This document shows positions 39,703-49,906 of a stretch of 64,000 nucleotides of DNA, piece after piece. The DNA is taken from the NCBI GenBank assembly GCA_030625565.1, contig DAOUQO010000001.1:3220-67219 (forward strand), in the 5' to 3' direction. Made by a program: the position numbers and the translations under genes. The notes below the pieces were generated by a model. The model worked only from the letters and a program-made list of their open reading frames with translations, was not told the DNA's origin and did no database searches. Positions within the stretch are counted from its first letter, which is position 1. Each line of letters begins with the position of its first letter. This DNA is from Aliiroseovarius sp. GTDB lineage: Bacteria > Pseudomonadota > Alphaproteobacteria > Rhodobacterales > Rhodobacteraceae.

Positions 39703-40260
39703 CTACAGTCCAGCCAGTTTGGCCTGTAGTTCGGCCAGCTGTGCACGGATGTCGTCCAAGTCACTTGTCGTGTCAGCGCGCGAGGGGGCTTTGGGTTCTT
39801 CGGTGGCAACACCGCCGCCCCAACTGCTCATCATTGCCTGCATAAACGCCTGTTGCTGCGCCTGCATTGCCGCAAAACCCGGCATCTGCGCCATCGGGTT
39901 TGGAATGCTTCCAGCCATATTATCCATTGCCTTGGATTGCCCATCGCGCAGCATCTCGAATGACATTGCCAAAAACTGCGGAACAACGCTTTGTGCTTGG
40001 TTTGCATACGAACGCACAAGATCAGTAAGTATTTCTATTGGAAGGATATTTTCGCCCCGCCCTTCGTGCTCTGCAATAATTTGCAACAGGTAGGTGCGGG
40101 TCAGGTCATCGCCTGATTTCAAGTCAATAATTTCAACATCCCGACCGTCGCGGATAAATCCGGCAATATCGTCAAGCGTAACATAATCCGAAGTTTCCGC
40201 GTTATAAAGCCGCCGACTAGCATAGCGTTTGATCAGCAGCTTTTCACTTTTTCTGGCCAA
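39703..40260 (-). CDS. phaR: polyhydroxyalkanoate synthesis repressor PhaR
   Basis: LIKRYASRRLYNAETSDYVTLDDIAGFIRDGRDVEIIDLKSGDDLTRTYLLQII is the PhaR N-terminal signature. TTG start 5 nt after AGGGGG, with in-frame TAA and TAG just upstream. Confidence 0.9.
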   Translation of the reverse strand: MARKSEKLLIKRYASRRLYNAETSDYVTLDDIAGFIRDGRDVEIIDLKSGDDLTRTYLLQIIAEHEGRGENILPIEILTDLVRSYANQAQSVVPQFLAMSFEMLRDGQSKAMDNMAGSIPNPMAQMPGFAAMQAQQQAFMQAMMSSWGGGVATEEPKAPSRADTTSDLDDIRAQLAELQAKLAGL

Positions 40261-40283
40261 GGCAGCCCCCTATTATAATTTTG

Positions 40284-40294
40284 TTGCGGTGCAG
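40284..40294. promoter_or_regulatory. candidate PhaR operator half-palindrome TTGC-GGT-GCAG
   Basis: One mismatch from the CTGC-N3-GCAG motif that I recall for Rhodobacter PhaR. It lies 24-34 nt upstream of the phaR start. A further CTGCAG is at 40310..40315. Confidence 0.25.
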
Positions 40295-40606
40295 AAAAAG
40301 TTTACGCTACTGCAGAAAGAAAAGGCAAGTGTGCTGTTACAAAAAGTAAAAAACAGGCCCGTTTCCGAACCGACTTTGCGCCCACATACGCGCCGAGAGA
40401 TGCACGATATATGTCGCGGTATTTTCACGACGGATTTTACTGGCCCAGGACTGTTTTCATCATGTCTTGAGCAGTAACATTAAATTCTACCTGCAGTTAC
40501 CACAAGCCAGACTCTGCCCATTTGGCCCCCTCACCTATCTTGGCAAACCAGTTTTTGCATTTTAATTTCGATACATATGCTGCGACGCGGCATCACAAGG
40601 GGCTTG

Positions 40607-42361
40607 CTATATCTTTTTGGGTGTATCAGTAACATATCGCCCAGGAGCGGGCGCCAAAGCATTTTTTTTGCTAATCTCTCGGGCTGCAATCTGCTTACCT
40701 GACCTGCTACTCAGCCACCGCCCCCACCGTTCCCACCAAGAACCCTGATGAAAACTTGCACTTTTCAACCATTTTTCAGGTGAATCCGACCAGTTATCCG
40801 CAGTATAATGACCATATTTCAATCTTGGCGGCGGATTCACAATCCCCGCAACATGGCCACTTTCTGAAAGAATAAAGCTTTTATCTTTTGATCCCATCGC
40901 CTTAAATCCTTGATACGAACTGCACCAAGGCGCGATGTGATCAGTTTCGCAGGCAATTGCACAAAGGGGAACCTGTATATCTGAAAGGTGTAAATTCTCG
41001 CCTAAAATGGAAAACCCTTCTTGGGCAAACTGATTTTTCTGACACAGCCCGCGCAGGTATTCCACGGCCATTCGCGCTGGCAAGTTTGTGCTATCGCCAT
41101 TCCAGAACAACAAATCAAAAGCTGGCGGGGTTTCCCCCAAAAGATAGCTTTTAATCGCAGGCCTATAAATCAAATCATTTGCCCGCAGAAATGAAAAGGT
41201 ACGTGCTATGTAAACCGCTTCAAGGTACCCTGTTTTGACGACCTCGGCTTCGATCCCGGCAACAAAATCATCTGTTAGGAAAAGACCCACTTCACCCGAG
41301 TCAGAAAAGTCTGTTAATGTTGTAAAAAATGTTGCGGCGTTCACCGATTTATCACCGCGTTTTTGCATTAAAGCCAGCGTCAGGGCCAACGTGGTTCCGC
41401 CAATGCAATAGCCAGCCACATTAACCTTTTTAACGCCACATATCGATTTAACCTCGGCAATGGCGCTTAAAAACCCTTCGTCAATATAGGTATCGACCCC
41501 GACATCGCAAAGCTGTGCATCCGGGTTCACCCAAGACACAACAAACAGCGTAAACCCCTGTTCAACAATCCAATGGATAAGGCTATTTTTTTGTTTTAAA
41601 TCTAATAGATAGAACTTATTTATCCAGGGGGGGAACAACACAAGGGGTGTTCCATACACGGTCTTGCTGCGTGGTGTATATTGGATCAATTCAAACATCC
41701 GGTTACGAAAAACAACAGTGCCTTCGGTGGTGGCCAGGTCCTTGCCAACTTCAAATGCGTCAGGGTCGCACAGGGACACCAGAAACTGACCATCATGTGC
41801 CTCAAGGTCGCGCACCATGTTTTCCAACCCGTCAACAAGCGACTGGCCTTCCGTTTCAACCGCACGGGTTAATGCCTGTGGATTTGTCGCCAGAAAATTA
41901 CTGGGGGCATACAAGTCCAGAATTGCCCGTGCGAAATAATCCAGCCGCAATTTTTCATCTTTCTGCAACCCCTGTAGATCAGCCAATGTGGCCTCCATTG
42001 CGCCCTGCATAGCCATAAACTGAGCCTTAACCATTTTATAATATGGGCTTGCCTCCCATAATGGATCACAAAAGCGTCTATCATGTGCTGCAGCATCGGT
42101 TTCTTGGGCGGCATATCGCAAGGTGTCGCTCCAAAATGCAGTCTGCTGCTGCAAGATTTTTGCTGGATCGGACATCAATTTTGACATCCACGTACTGGCT
42201 GTCTTTAAAAACAAGTCTTGCCCTGGAAGTTGCAAACCTGTGGGAGTTTCCCTTTTATCCAATAACGCGGCAACCAACCGTTCGGAAAGCGCTTCAATAC
42301 GATCCAAATTACCGCTTAACCGTGACATATCGATGGATGGGCCTTGCTGGTCAGTTGTCAT
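40607..42361 (-). CDS. phaC: class I poly(R)-hydroxyalkanoic acid synthase
   Basis: 584 aa with lipase box GYCIGGT and conserved FFPPWINKFYLLDL-type segment (LFPPWINKFYLLDL). Confidence 0.93.
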   Translation of the reverse strand: MTTDQQGPSIDMSRLSGNLDRIEALSERLVAALLDKRETPTGLQLPGQDLFLKTASTWMSKLMSDPAKILQQQTAFWSDTLRYAAQETDAAAHDRRFCDPLWEASPYYKMVKAQFMAMQGAMEATLADLQGLQKDEKLRLDYFARAILDLYAPSNFLATNPQALTRAVETEGQSLVDGLENMVRDLEAHDGQFLVSLCDPDAFEVGKDLATTEGTVVFRNRMFELIQYTPRSKTVYGTPLVLFPPWINKFYLLDLKQKNSLIHWIVEQGFTLFVVSWVNPDAQLCDVGVDTYIDEGFLSAIAEVKSICGVKKVNVAGYCIGGTTLALTLALMQKRGDKSVNAATFFTTLTDFSDSGEVGLFLTDDFVAGIEAEVVKTGYLEAVYIARTFSFLRANDLIYRPAIKSYLLGETPPAFDLLFWNGDSTNLPARMAVEYLRGLCQKNQFAQEGFSILGENLHLSDIQVPLCAIACETDHIAPWCSSYQGFKAMGSKDKSFILSESGHVAGIVNPPPRLKYGHYTADNWSDSPEKWLKSASFHQGSWWERWGRWLSSRSGKQIAAREISKKNALAPAPGRYVTDTPKKI

Positions 42362-42452
42362 TCGTTCCCATCCACGTTACCCATGCTGCAACTGCATCAT
42401 AGCAAAATACCCCAATTTGAAAGCCCTGTGAAGGGGACAGGAGAGCAAATAC

Positions 42453-43730
42453 ATGCGTTTTATGGCAACATATGACATGATGGAGGCCGCCCGGAACGCG
42501 AACCAGTGGCTGGGCGCAACTGCACGCATGTTTGCCTCACATCCAAGTATGAACCTATTTCCAGTACCCGCCCTTGAAATAATCGCAGCCTGGGGCGAAG
42601 TTACCGAGCGTAGTTTTTCGCAGATGGTTACCAAACCGGACTGGGACCTTCAAAGCATGTCCTGCGAGGATGATTGCGATCATTTAATTCAAATTGATAC
42701 AATTACGAGCCGTCCCTTTGGTGACCTCATTCATTTCAACGTTATTGGCCGGCCTGAAAAGCCCCGCCATGTGCTGCTGGTTGCCCCAATGTCGGGCCAT
42801 TATGCAACGCTGCTGCATTCTACCGTCGCAAGCCTTCTGCCTGATTGCGAAGTCTACATAACCGACTGGCATAATGCCCGCGACATTCCGGTAGGTGACG
42901 GCAAGTTTGATATTGAAGACTACACCATGTACCTTGTTGATTTCATGCGAAAACTTGGCCCTGATATTAACGTAATTTCCATCTGCCAATCCGCCCCCCT
43001 TACCCTTGCCGCGACAGCGTACCTTGCTGAAATTAACCCTGATGCACAGCCACGAACCCTGACGTTAATTGGCGGGCCGATTGATCCGGACGCCGCTGCC
43101 ACCGATGTCACCGATTTTGCCGCGCGCATCACCATAGGCCAGTTAGAACAGCAGGCAATTCAGCGCGTTGGCTTCAAATATAAAGGTGTTGGGCGGCTGG
43201 TTTACCCCGGACTTTTACAGCTTGCTTCGTTCATGTCTATGAATGGGAACAGGCACATGAAAGCTTTTTCAGATCAAATACTTGCGGTATCCAAAGGGGA
43301 AGGTTCAGAGCACAGTAAACACAACCGTTTCTATGATGAATACCTTGCAGTTATGGACATGAGCGCCGAATTTTACCTATCCACAGTTGAGCGAATTTTT
43401 AAAAACCGCGAAATTGCCGACAATGCCTTTGTTGTGGCCGGGCACAAAATTGATATCGGCGCGATCACCAATGTTGCCGTCAAAACAGTTGAGGGCTCAA
43501 AAGACGATATTTCCGCGCCCGGCCAATGCAGCGCAGCGTTGGGGCTTTGCACTGGGCTAAGCGACGACCAAAAGACCGGCCATCTTGAAGATGGCGCCGG
43601 CCATTACGGCATTTTTGCCGGCCATTCATGGCGCGAAAACATTCGCCTGTTGATACTGGATTTCATAGATGCAAACGCCCAGTGCCACGCCTCCCGACCA
43701 AGCCAAAAGCGTAACGCCAATAAAAACTAG
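42453..43730 (+). CDS. phaZ: intracellular polyhydroxyalkanoate depolymerase
   Basis: VLLVAPMSGHYATLLHSTVASLLPDCEVYITDWHNARDIP matches the intracellular PHB depolymerase family signature. Divergent from phaC. The start could instead be ATG 42462. Confidence 0.88.
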   Translation: MRFMATYDMMEAARNANQWLGATARMFASHPSMNLFPVPALEIIAAWGEVTERSFSQMVTKPDWDLQSMSCEDDCDHLIQIDTITSRPFGDLIHFNVIGRPEKPRHVLLVAPMSGHYATLLHSTVASLLPDCEVYITDWHNARDIPVGDGKFDIEDYTMYLVDFMRKLGPDINVISICQSAPLTLAATAYLAEINPDAQPRTLTLIGGPIDPDAAATDVTDFAARITIGQLEQQAIQRVGFKYKGVGRLVYPGLLQLASFMSMNGNRHMKAFSDQILAVSKGEGSEHSKHNRFYDEYLAVMDMSAEFYLSTVERIFKNREIADNAFVVAGHKIDIGAITNVAVKTVEGSKDDISAPGQCSAALGLCTGLSDDQKTGHLEDGAGHYGIFAGHSWRENIRLLILDFIDANAQCHASRPSQKRNANKN

Positions 43731-44437
43731 CGCAGCATCAAGGGGCGTTCCAACCAAGCACGAAGGGCTTGGTTCGTTGCCTCTGGGTTTTCCAGATTGG
43801 GGAAATGTCCGGCATTTTCAAGCACAACAAGTTCACTATGTAAGATTAAGTCTGCCATCGCCGTATGACGCTTAACTGGCGTTAATTTATCAAATTTCCC
43901 GCACAAAATCAACGCAGTACCCCGAAACTGAAGCAACACATTTTGCGCATCACGCCGGCGTTGCAACGCACGGGCCTGGCGAACGAACACATCGGACCCC
44001 AAATCTGCACTCATTTGATCGACCAAGCGCAAAATATCCTGACGGCGCGGCCCCGGTGCCAGGTTTTCGGCGGCCATGGCTTCGTGCATTGCCTCTTGCA
44101 AAAATCCGGCACGCGCACGCACGATTTGTGGTTCACGCCATGCCGATTGCGCCGGAGTTTCCGCCAATGGTGTGGTCGAAATTAACGCAACCCGCGTCAC
44201 CCGATTGGGCGCCTGACGTAATATTTCCATAGCCACGATACCGCCCATAGAATGGCCAACCAAGGCAAAGGTTTCGGGGGCGGTCGCTAACATCGATTTA
44301 GCCATTTCCCGAATGCTTTCAAAGGTATTGATGCTGGAAATATGAATTGGATAATCGCGAGATAAATCATTGATCTGGGGGCCAAAAGCGCGGGCATCGC
44401 ACATCATTCCGGGGACAAAAACAATTGCCTCTTTCAT
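43727..44437 (-). CDS. alpha/beta hydrolase
   Basis: Nucleophile elbow GHSMGG and C-terminal His in NAGHFPNLE. 236 aa. Its stop overlaps the phaZ stop (CTAG). Confidence 0.8.
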   Translation of the reverse strand: MKEAIVFVPGMMCDARAFGPQINDLSRDYPIHISSINTFESIREMAKSMLATAPETFALVGHSMGGIVAMEILRQAPNRVTRVALISTTPLAETPAQSAWREPQIVRARAGFLQEAMHEAMAAENLAPGPRRQDILRLVDQMSADLGSDVFVRQARALQRRRDAQNVLLQFRGTALILCGKFDKLTPVKRHTAMADLILHSELVVLENAGHFPNLENPEATNQALRAWLERPLMLR

Positions 44438-45186
44438 GCTTCGACCTCAGCTAAATTCAAAATTTCTGTGATGCTATCCTCAATCAGTTTCAGGCATTCA
44501 GGATTAGAAAACCGATGATCTGCGCCCTTCACTAATGCAAGGCGGACATCATTGCTTTTGATATGATCAAACAGGCGCAGCGCCACCGACATGTCAACAT
44601 CAAGGTCTGCCGATCCTTGCAAAAGGCGCACTGGAAACGGCATACTCAAAGGCTTTCGCAGAACCAAATTTTCACGCCCATCTTCAACCAGACGGCGGGT
44701 AATTGTGTAGGGATCATCATAATCCGAAGGCAGCTTTATTTGACCCTTTTCCATTAAATCTGTACGCTGGTCCAGACTAAATCCATCCCACATACTGTCC
44801 TCGGTAAAATCCGGGGCTGCGGCAATTCCAACAATTCCAGCGATTTTTTCGGGTATTTCACCGGATAAAATTGCACTTATCCAACCTCCCATAGAGGATC
44901 CGACCAAAATCTGCTTACCAGTGGTTAGCGCACAAATAGCCGCCTGCGCATCCTCGGCCCAATCGCCAATTGCGCCATCCTCAAAGCGCCCGCTGCTTTG
45001 GCCATGGCCGGAATAGTCAAACCGCAAGAACGCCCGTTCAGTTCGGCGCGCCCAATTTTCCAGCGCGACGGCTTTGGTCCCCTCCATGTCCGACATAAAG
45101 CCGCCAAGAAACACAATGCCCGGTCCGGCCCCCTGAAGGCAGCGATACGCCAGCTTGCGCCCTGAATTTGTTATAAGTTCATCCAC
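44434..45186 (-). CDS. alpha/beta hydrolase
   Basis: Nucleophile elbow GSSMGG and His in GADHRF. I chose GTG 45186, 6 nt after AGGGGA. The alternative is TTG 45252. Its stop overlaps the next gene's ATG (ATGA). Confidence 0.75.
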   Translation of the reverse strand: MDELITNSGRKLAYRCLQGAGPGIVFLGGFMSDMEGTKAVALENWARRTERAFLRFDYSGHGQSSGRFEDGAIGDWAEDAQAAICALTTGKQILVGSSMGGWISAILSGEIPEKIAGIVGIAAAPDFTEDSMWDGFSLDQRTDLMEKGQIKLPSDYDDPYTITRRLVEDGRENLVLRKPLSMPFPVRLLQGSADLDVDMSVALRLFDHIKSNDVRLALVKGADHRFSNPECLKLIEDSITEILNLAEVEA

Positions 45187-45301
45187 AGCACATCCCCTTA
45201 AAACCAAAATGTTTGCCCCTCGTGTTTTGTGGCTCTTTGCGCTAATGGTCAAGCCAAGAGCAAGCAGTTACACATATCAACACCAAAACATTAGGTACCC
45301 A

Positions 45302-47458
45302 ATGCAGTCTGAAAGAGAACAGTTCAATCGCGCCCAAACTGCCATGGCAAAGGGCCAATACGATGTAGCCCGTGTGCTTTTTCGCCAAATATTGGAAACG
45401 CAGCCCAAATCTGCCAATATTCACTTCCAACTTGGGCGACTCGAGCTTTCCGATGGCAAAGCTAAACGCGCGAAAAAGCATCTTTTAACGGCCCGCAAGC
45501 TGTTACCACAAGAACCAAGTATCTGGCTTAGCCTGATGGATGCCGAAATTGCCCTGAAAGACCGCAAAGGTATCGGTAAACTGATCCGGGAAACAAAAAC
45601 CGCCGGGCTTCCCATAAGCATCCTGAAACAGCTTCAAATCAAAGTGGAAACCGGCAACAAGCAAGGCATTGCCAACCTTGCGGGCGTCCATAAGGATGAC
45701 TTTGAGAAAGCCCGACTGGCCTTTGTACAAGGCCGCGCTGACGACGCTGAGCGTTTAGCGTCAAAACTGCTTGAAAAACACCCGAGATCGGCCCCTACAC
45801 ACGCAATTCGGGCCGCCAGCCTAGCACAGATAGGCCAGCTTGACCTTGCCAGAGAGGGCTATGAAAAAGCCCTGCAATATGACCCTGAATATTTCGAAGC
45901 GCGCCTGCAACTTGGGCAATTAGAGATGGGCTGTGACAACCTGAATACAGCCTATGACCACCTGACAAAAGCCCAGCAAATGGTGCAGGATTCGCCTTAT
46001 GCACATATGTCGTTAGGGATATTACAGTTCAAACGGAACAACCCACTTGGCGCAATTGAACACCTTGCGGACGCACGCAAAAAATTGCCGGATGAAGCAC
46101 GCTTGCTGCTATACCTATCACGCGCTTACATGGCCGTTGGGCACGCGGACCAAGCGCATTCGGCATTTGAACACGCCCAAAAACAGACGATCAGAGAAGC
46201 AGATGCGGTCCTTGCCATCAAGACCCTGCAAGGGCTGCAAAAACCCGACGAAGCCAAAAAAATGGCACAGGATATTCTTGCCAAATCACCGGACCATTAC
46301 GGGGCCATGACAGCCTTGTTAAACATCAATATGTCTATTGGTAATTTTGAGGATGCACGCACAGCTATTCAAAAACTGGCGAAGGACGGCAAAGCCAGCA
46401 GTACACATTTTCTGACCTATAGCCGCGCAGGCAAGGTCAAAGAAGGCGACCCAATCATCAACACGATGGAAACCATCTTTGCCGAGACTGGTGAAGATAA
46501 GGACGCCCAGCGCGATCTGGCTTTTTCACTTGCCAAAACTTATGAGGATACGGGCCAATACCAGCGCAGCTTTGATTTTCTTCGCAAGGGTAATAATGCG
46601 TCGCGCGAAATCAACCCGCTAATGCAAAACTCGGTACGGCCAAACTTTGTGCTTGCCAAAGACACCTTTGAACGCAGCCTCGACCTTTGGGGGGACACCA
46701 ACACACACCGCCAAAGCCCCCCGGCTGGCCCCAAAAATATTCAAGTTACCGGAATGCCGCGATCTGGCACGACATTGGTTGAACAGATTATATCAAGTCA
46801 CAGTAACGTTGAGGCGGCAGGTGAAGTTGGGGCCATTATCCGGCAGGCAGATAAGGATCTTAAATTACTTGACGCGAAGGCTGCACCAATGACCGCCGAA
46901 GGCCTGCACAATTTTGGCAAGGGCCTTACTGAATTTTACGCGCAATTATTCCCGGACGCCAAGGTTGTCACAGATAAAGGAATCATGTCGAACATATATG
47001 CCGGCCTTTTGTCACACGCCCTGCCAAACAGCAAAATGGTAGTTTTGCGCCGTGACCCACGCGATAATTGCCTGTCGATGTACAAAAATATGTTCAAACA
47101 AGGCACCCATAGTTACACCAATGATCTGGAAGAATTGGCAAACCAGTATCTGCTGTTTCTTGAAACACTGGAATATTGGCGTGCGAAGGCCCCAGGCAGC
47201 TTTTATGAAATCCATTACGAAGCCCTGATTGCCAATCCTGAAGCAGAAACCCGCGCCTTAATCGATTATTGCGGGTTGGAGTGGGAAGATGGCTGCCTTG
47301 CATTTTACGACAACAGCCGGACCGTAAAAACGCTCAGCGCATTTCAGGTAAGGCAACCTCTTTATAAGTCATCGGTCGCGGCCTGGAAACGCTACGAAAA
47401 TGAGCTTCAGCCCCTGATAAAAATCCTTGATAAGGGCGGCGCATTAGAGGGCTATTGA
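45302..47458 (+). CDS. TPR repeat-containing sulfotransferase family protein
   Basis: The N-terminal ~420 aa are TPR-like repeats. The C-terminal domain carries the PAPS 5'-phosphosulfate loop GMPRSGTTLVEQI and RDPRDNCLS. I chose ATG 45302 (MQSEREQF..). Confidence 0.8.
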   Translation: MQSEREQFNRAQTAMAKGQYDVARVLFRQILETQPKSANIHFQLGRLELSDGKAKRAKKHLLTARKLLPQEPSIWLSLMDAEIALKDRKGIGKLIRETKTAGLPISILKQLQIKVETGNKQGIANLAGVHKDDFEKARLAFVQGRADDAERLASKLLEKHPRSAPTHAIRAASLAQIGQLDLAREGYEKALQYDPEYFEARLQLGQLEMGCDNLNTAYDHLTKAQQMVQDSPYAHMSLGILQFKRNNPLGAIEHLADARKKLPDEARLLLYLSRAYMAVGHADQAHSAFEHAQKQTIREADAVLAIKTLQGLQKPDEAKKMAQDILAKSPDHYGAMTALLNINMSIGNFEDARTAIQKLAKDGKASSTHFLTYSRAGKVKEGDPIINTMETIFAETGEDKDAQRDLAFSLAKTYEDTGQYQRSFDFLRKGNNASREINPLMQNSVRPNFVLAKDTFERSLDLWGDTNTHRQSPPAGPKNIQVTGMPRSGTTLVEQIISSHSNVEAAGEVGAIIRQADKDLKLLDAKAAPMTAEGLHNFGKGLTEFYAQLFPDAKVVTDKGIMSNIYAGLLSHALPNSKMVVLRRDPRDNCLSMYKNMFKQGTHSYTNDLEELANQYLLFLETLEYWRAKAPGSFYEIHYEALIANPEAETRALIDYCGLEWEDGCLAFYDNSRTVKTLSAFQVRQPLYKSSVAAWKRYENELQPLIKILDKGGALEGY

Positions 47459-47544
47459 CGCCTTAGCCGTAAAGGGTCAAAAGGCTCTGTATACATACCC
47501 GCAACCGGGCGTTTCGTAGGCGCCAAACTGACGAGGAGCCTGAC

Positions 47545-49509
47545 ATGGCCCAAATTTCCCTGACTTTCCCCGATGGCAATGCGCGCGAATACGCCGCTGG
47601 TGTAACCCCTGCCGAGGTGGCGGAAAGCATATCTAACTCCCTGAAGAAAAAGGCTATTTCTGCCAAAGTCAACGGCGAACATTGGGATATGCAATGGCCG
47701 ATTAACGCCGATGCAAGCATTGCAATTCACACCATGAAGGATGATGAGCAAGCGCTGGAACTTATCCGCCACGACGCCGCCCACATCATGGCGCGCGCGG
47801 TTCAGGCGCTGTGGCCTGACGTGAAAGTCACCATCGGGCCGGTAATTAAACACGGCTGGTATTACGATTTTGACCGCACAGAGCCGTTCACCCCCGAAGA
47901 CCTTGAGACAATCGAGGCCAAGATGAAAGAAATCATCAATCTGCGCGACCCTGTGCGCACTGAAATTTGGGATCGCGCGCGCGCGGTGGCCTTTTACGAG
48001 GCCAATGATGAACCTTACAAAGTCGAGCTGATTGCCGGCATCCCCGGTGATGAACCATTGCGGATGTATTGGCATGGCGACTGGCAGGATCTGTGCCGTG
48101 GCCCGCATTTGCAACATACTGGCCAAGTGCCTGCGGATGGCTTCAAACTGATGAATGTGGCCGGTGCCTATTGGCGCGGCGACAGCGACCGCGCCATGCT
48201 GCAACGGATTTACGGCGTTGGCTTTCGCAACCGGCAAGAATTGAAAAAACACCTGACCATGCTGGAAGAAGCAGCCCTGCGCGACCACCGAAAACTGGGC
48301 CGCGAAATGGACCTGTACCATATGCAAGAAGAAGCCCCAGGTCAGGTATTCTGGCACCCCAACGGTTGGCTGATTTACACCCAATTGCAAGATTACATGC
48401 GCCGGATGCAAACCCGTGGCGGCTATGTCGAAGTGAACACGCCGCAAGTGGTTGATCGTAAATTATGGGAAGCCTCGGGCCATTGGGAAAAATATCAGGA
48501 CCACATGTTTATCGTTGAAGTTGACGAAGAACATGCCCGCGAAAAATCGGTAAATGCCCTGAAACCAATGAACTGCCCGTGTCACGTGCAAATCTATAAC
48601 CAAGGCCTGAAATCCTACCGCGACCTGCCGCTGCGCATGGCCGAATTTGGATCATGCAACCGGTACGAGCCATCGGGCGCGCTGCACGGTATCATGCGGG
48701 TGCGCGGTTTTGTGCAAGATGACGCGCATATTTTCTGCACCGAGGCCCAGATCGAAGCCGAAACCAAGTTATTCATCGAATTTCTATCTGAAATCTACAC
48801 CGATCTGGGTTTTGAAAATTTCAAAGTGATGTTTTCAGATCGCCCCGAAACCCGCGCGGGATCAGATGAAGTTTGGGACAAATCCGAAACCGCATTGATG
48901 AATGCAACTAAAGCTGCGGGACTTGAATTCGAGCTGAACCCCGGCGAAGGTGCGTTTTACGGCCCGAAACTGGAATTCGTGCTGACCGACGCCATCGGGC
49001 GCGATTGGCAATGCGGCACGTTGCAGGCTGATTTCGTGCTGCCTGAACGCCTTGACGCGAACTATGTCGGCGAAGATGGCGCCAAACACCGCCCCGTCAT
49101 GCTGCACCGCGCCACTTTGGGCAGCTTTGAACGCTTTATCGGCATCCTGATCGAAAGCCACGCAGGCAAATTGCCGTTCTGGCTGGCCCCGCGTCAGGTG
49201 GTTGTGGCCTCTATCGTGTCGGACGGCGATGATTTTGTGCATGAGGTAGTGGAAATTCTGCGCGCCGCCGGCGTGCGCGCCGAAGCCGATATTCGCAACG
49301 AAAAAATCAATTATAAGGTGCGCGAACACAGCCTTGGCAAGGTTCCGGTCATCTTGGCGATTGGCCAGCGCGAGGTTGAACAGCGTAATGTCACCCTGCG
49401 CCGTTTGGGTCAAAAGCAAACGCAGGTTGTTGCACTGGATGACGTTGTAAACGCCCTGACGCTTGAGGCGCTTGCCCCTGATATCAAACGGGCAAAAGAC
49501 GCCTCATAA
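47545..49509 (+). CDS. thrS: threonine--tRNA ligase
   Basis: 654 aa with an N-terminal TGS domain, class II core (FRNRQE.., CPCHVQIY Zn site) and an anticodon-binding C-terminus. SD GAGGAG. Confidence 0.97.
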   Translation: MAQISLTFPDGNAREYAAGVTPAEVAESISNSLKKKAISAKVNGEHWDMQWPINADASIAIHTMKDDEQALELIRHDAAHIMARAVQALWPDVKVTIGPVIKHGWYYDFDRTEPFTPEDLETIEAKMKEIINLRDPVRTEIWDRARAVAFYEANDEPYKVELIAGIPGDEPLRMYWHGDWQDLCRGPHLQHTGQVPADGFKLMNVAGAYWRGDSDRAMLQRIYGVGFRNRQELKKHLTMLEEAALRDHRKLGREMDLYHMQEEAPGQVFWHPNGWLIYTQLQDYMRRMQTRGGYVEVNTPQVVDRKLWEASGHWEKYQDHMFIVEVDEEHAREKSVNALKPMNCPCHVQIYNQGLKSYRDLPLRMAEFGSCNRYEPSGALHGIMRVRGFVQDDAHIFCTEAQIEAETKLFIEFLSEIYTDLGFENFKVMFSDRPETRAGSDEVWDKSETALMNATKAAGLEFELNPGEGAFYGPKLEFVLTDAIGRDWQCGTLQADFVLPERLDANYVGEDGAKHRPVMLHRATLGSFERFIGILIESHAGKLPFWLAPRQVVVASIVSDGDDFVHEVVEILRAAGVRAEADIRNEKINYKVREHSLGKVPVILAIGQREVEQRNVTLRRLGQKQTQVVALDDVVNALTLEALAPDIKRAKDAS

Positions 49510-49693
49510 GGGCGTTCAGGCTGCAAAAATCGGTTTTACTTGCTTTTTTGCGCCGATCGGCGCAGCCTGAAGGCGTGAAGAAGGCCTTATCTGACGTCCG
49601 CCTTGATTATACGGGGCAGCCGAATGCGACCAAGACCGGCTGCACATCCCGCAGCAATCGTGCTGTAGGGCCTCGTGAATGAAAGGAAATACA

Positions 49694-49906
49694 ATGGCCA
49701 ACGGCACAGTAAAGTGGTTCAATTCAACAAAGGGCTTCGGCTTTATCGCACCAGAAGGTGGCGGCAACGATATATTCGTGCATATCTCAGCCGTGGAACA
49801 GGCAGGGCTGACCGGCCTTGCTGATGACCAAAAGATCGAATTTGAGATGGTCGAGGGCCGCGATGGGCGCCAATCTGCCGGCGAACTTAAGCTGGTTAAC
49901 AATTGA
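49694..49906 (+). CDS. cold-shock protein (CspA family), copy 1
   Basis: MANGTVKWFNSTKGFGFI (RNP1) and DIFVHIS (RNP2). ATG 49694 is preceded by AAAGGAAA. Confidence 0.93.
   Translation: MANGTVKWFNSTKGFGFIAPEGGGNDIFVHISAVEQAGLTGLADDQKIEFEMVEGRDGRQSAGELKLVNN

Noticed and set aside
40229-40477. 82-aa plus-strand ORF in the phaR-phaC intergenic region
   Set aside because: It has no SD and an odd composition. It overlaps the phaR start and promoter region, which is better interpreted as regulatory DNA.
47452-48447. 331-aa minus-strand ORF
   Set aside because: It lies antisense to the 5' third of thrS, has no recognisable motif and no SD. It is a shadow ORF.
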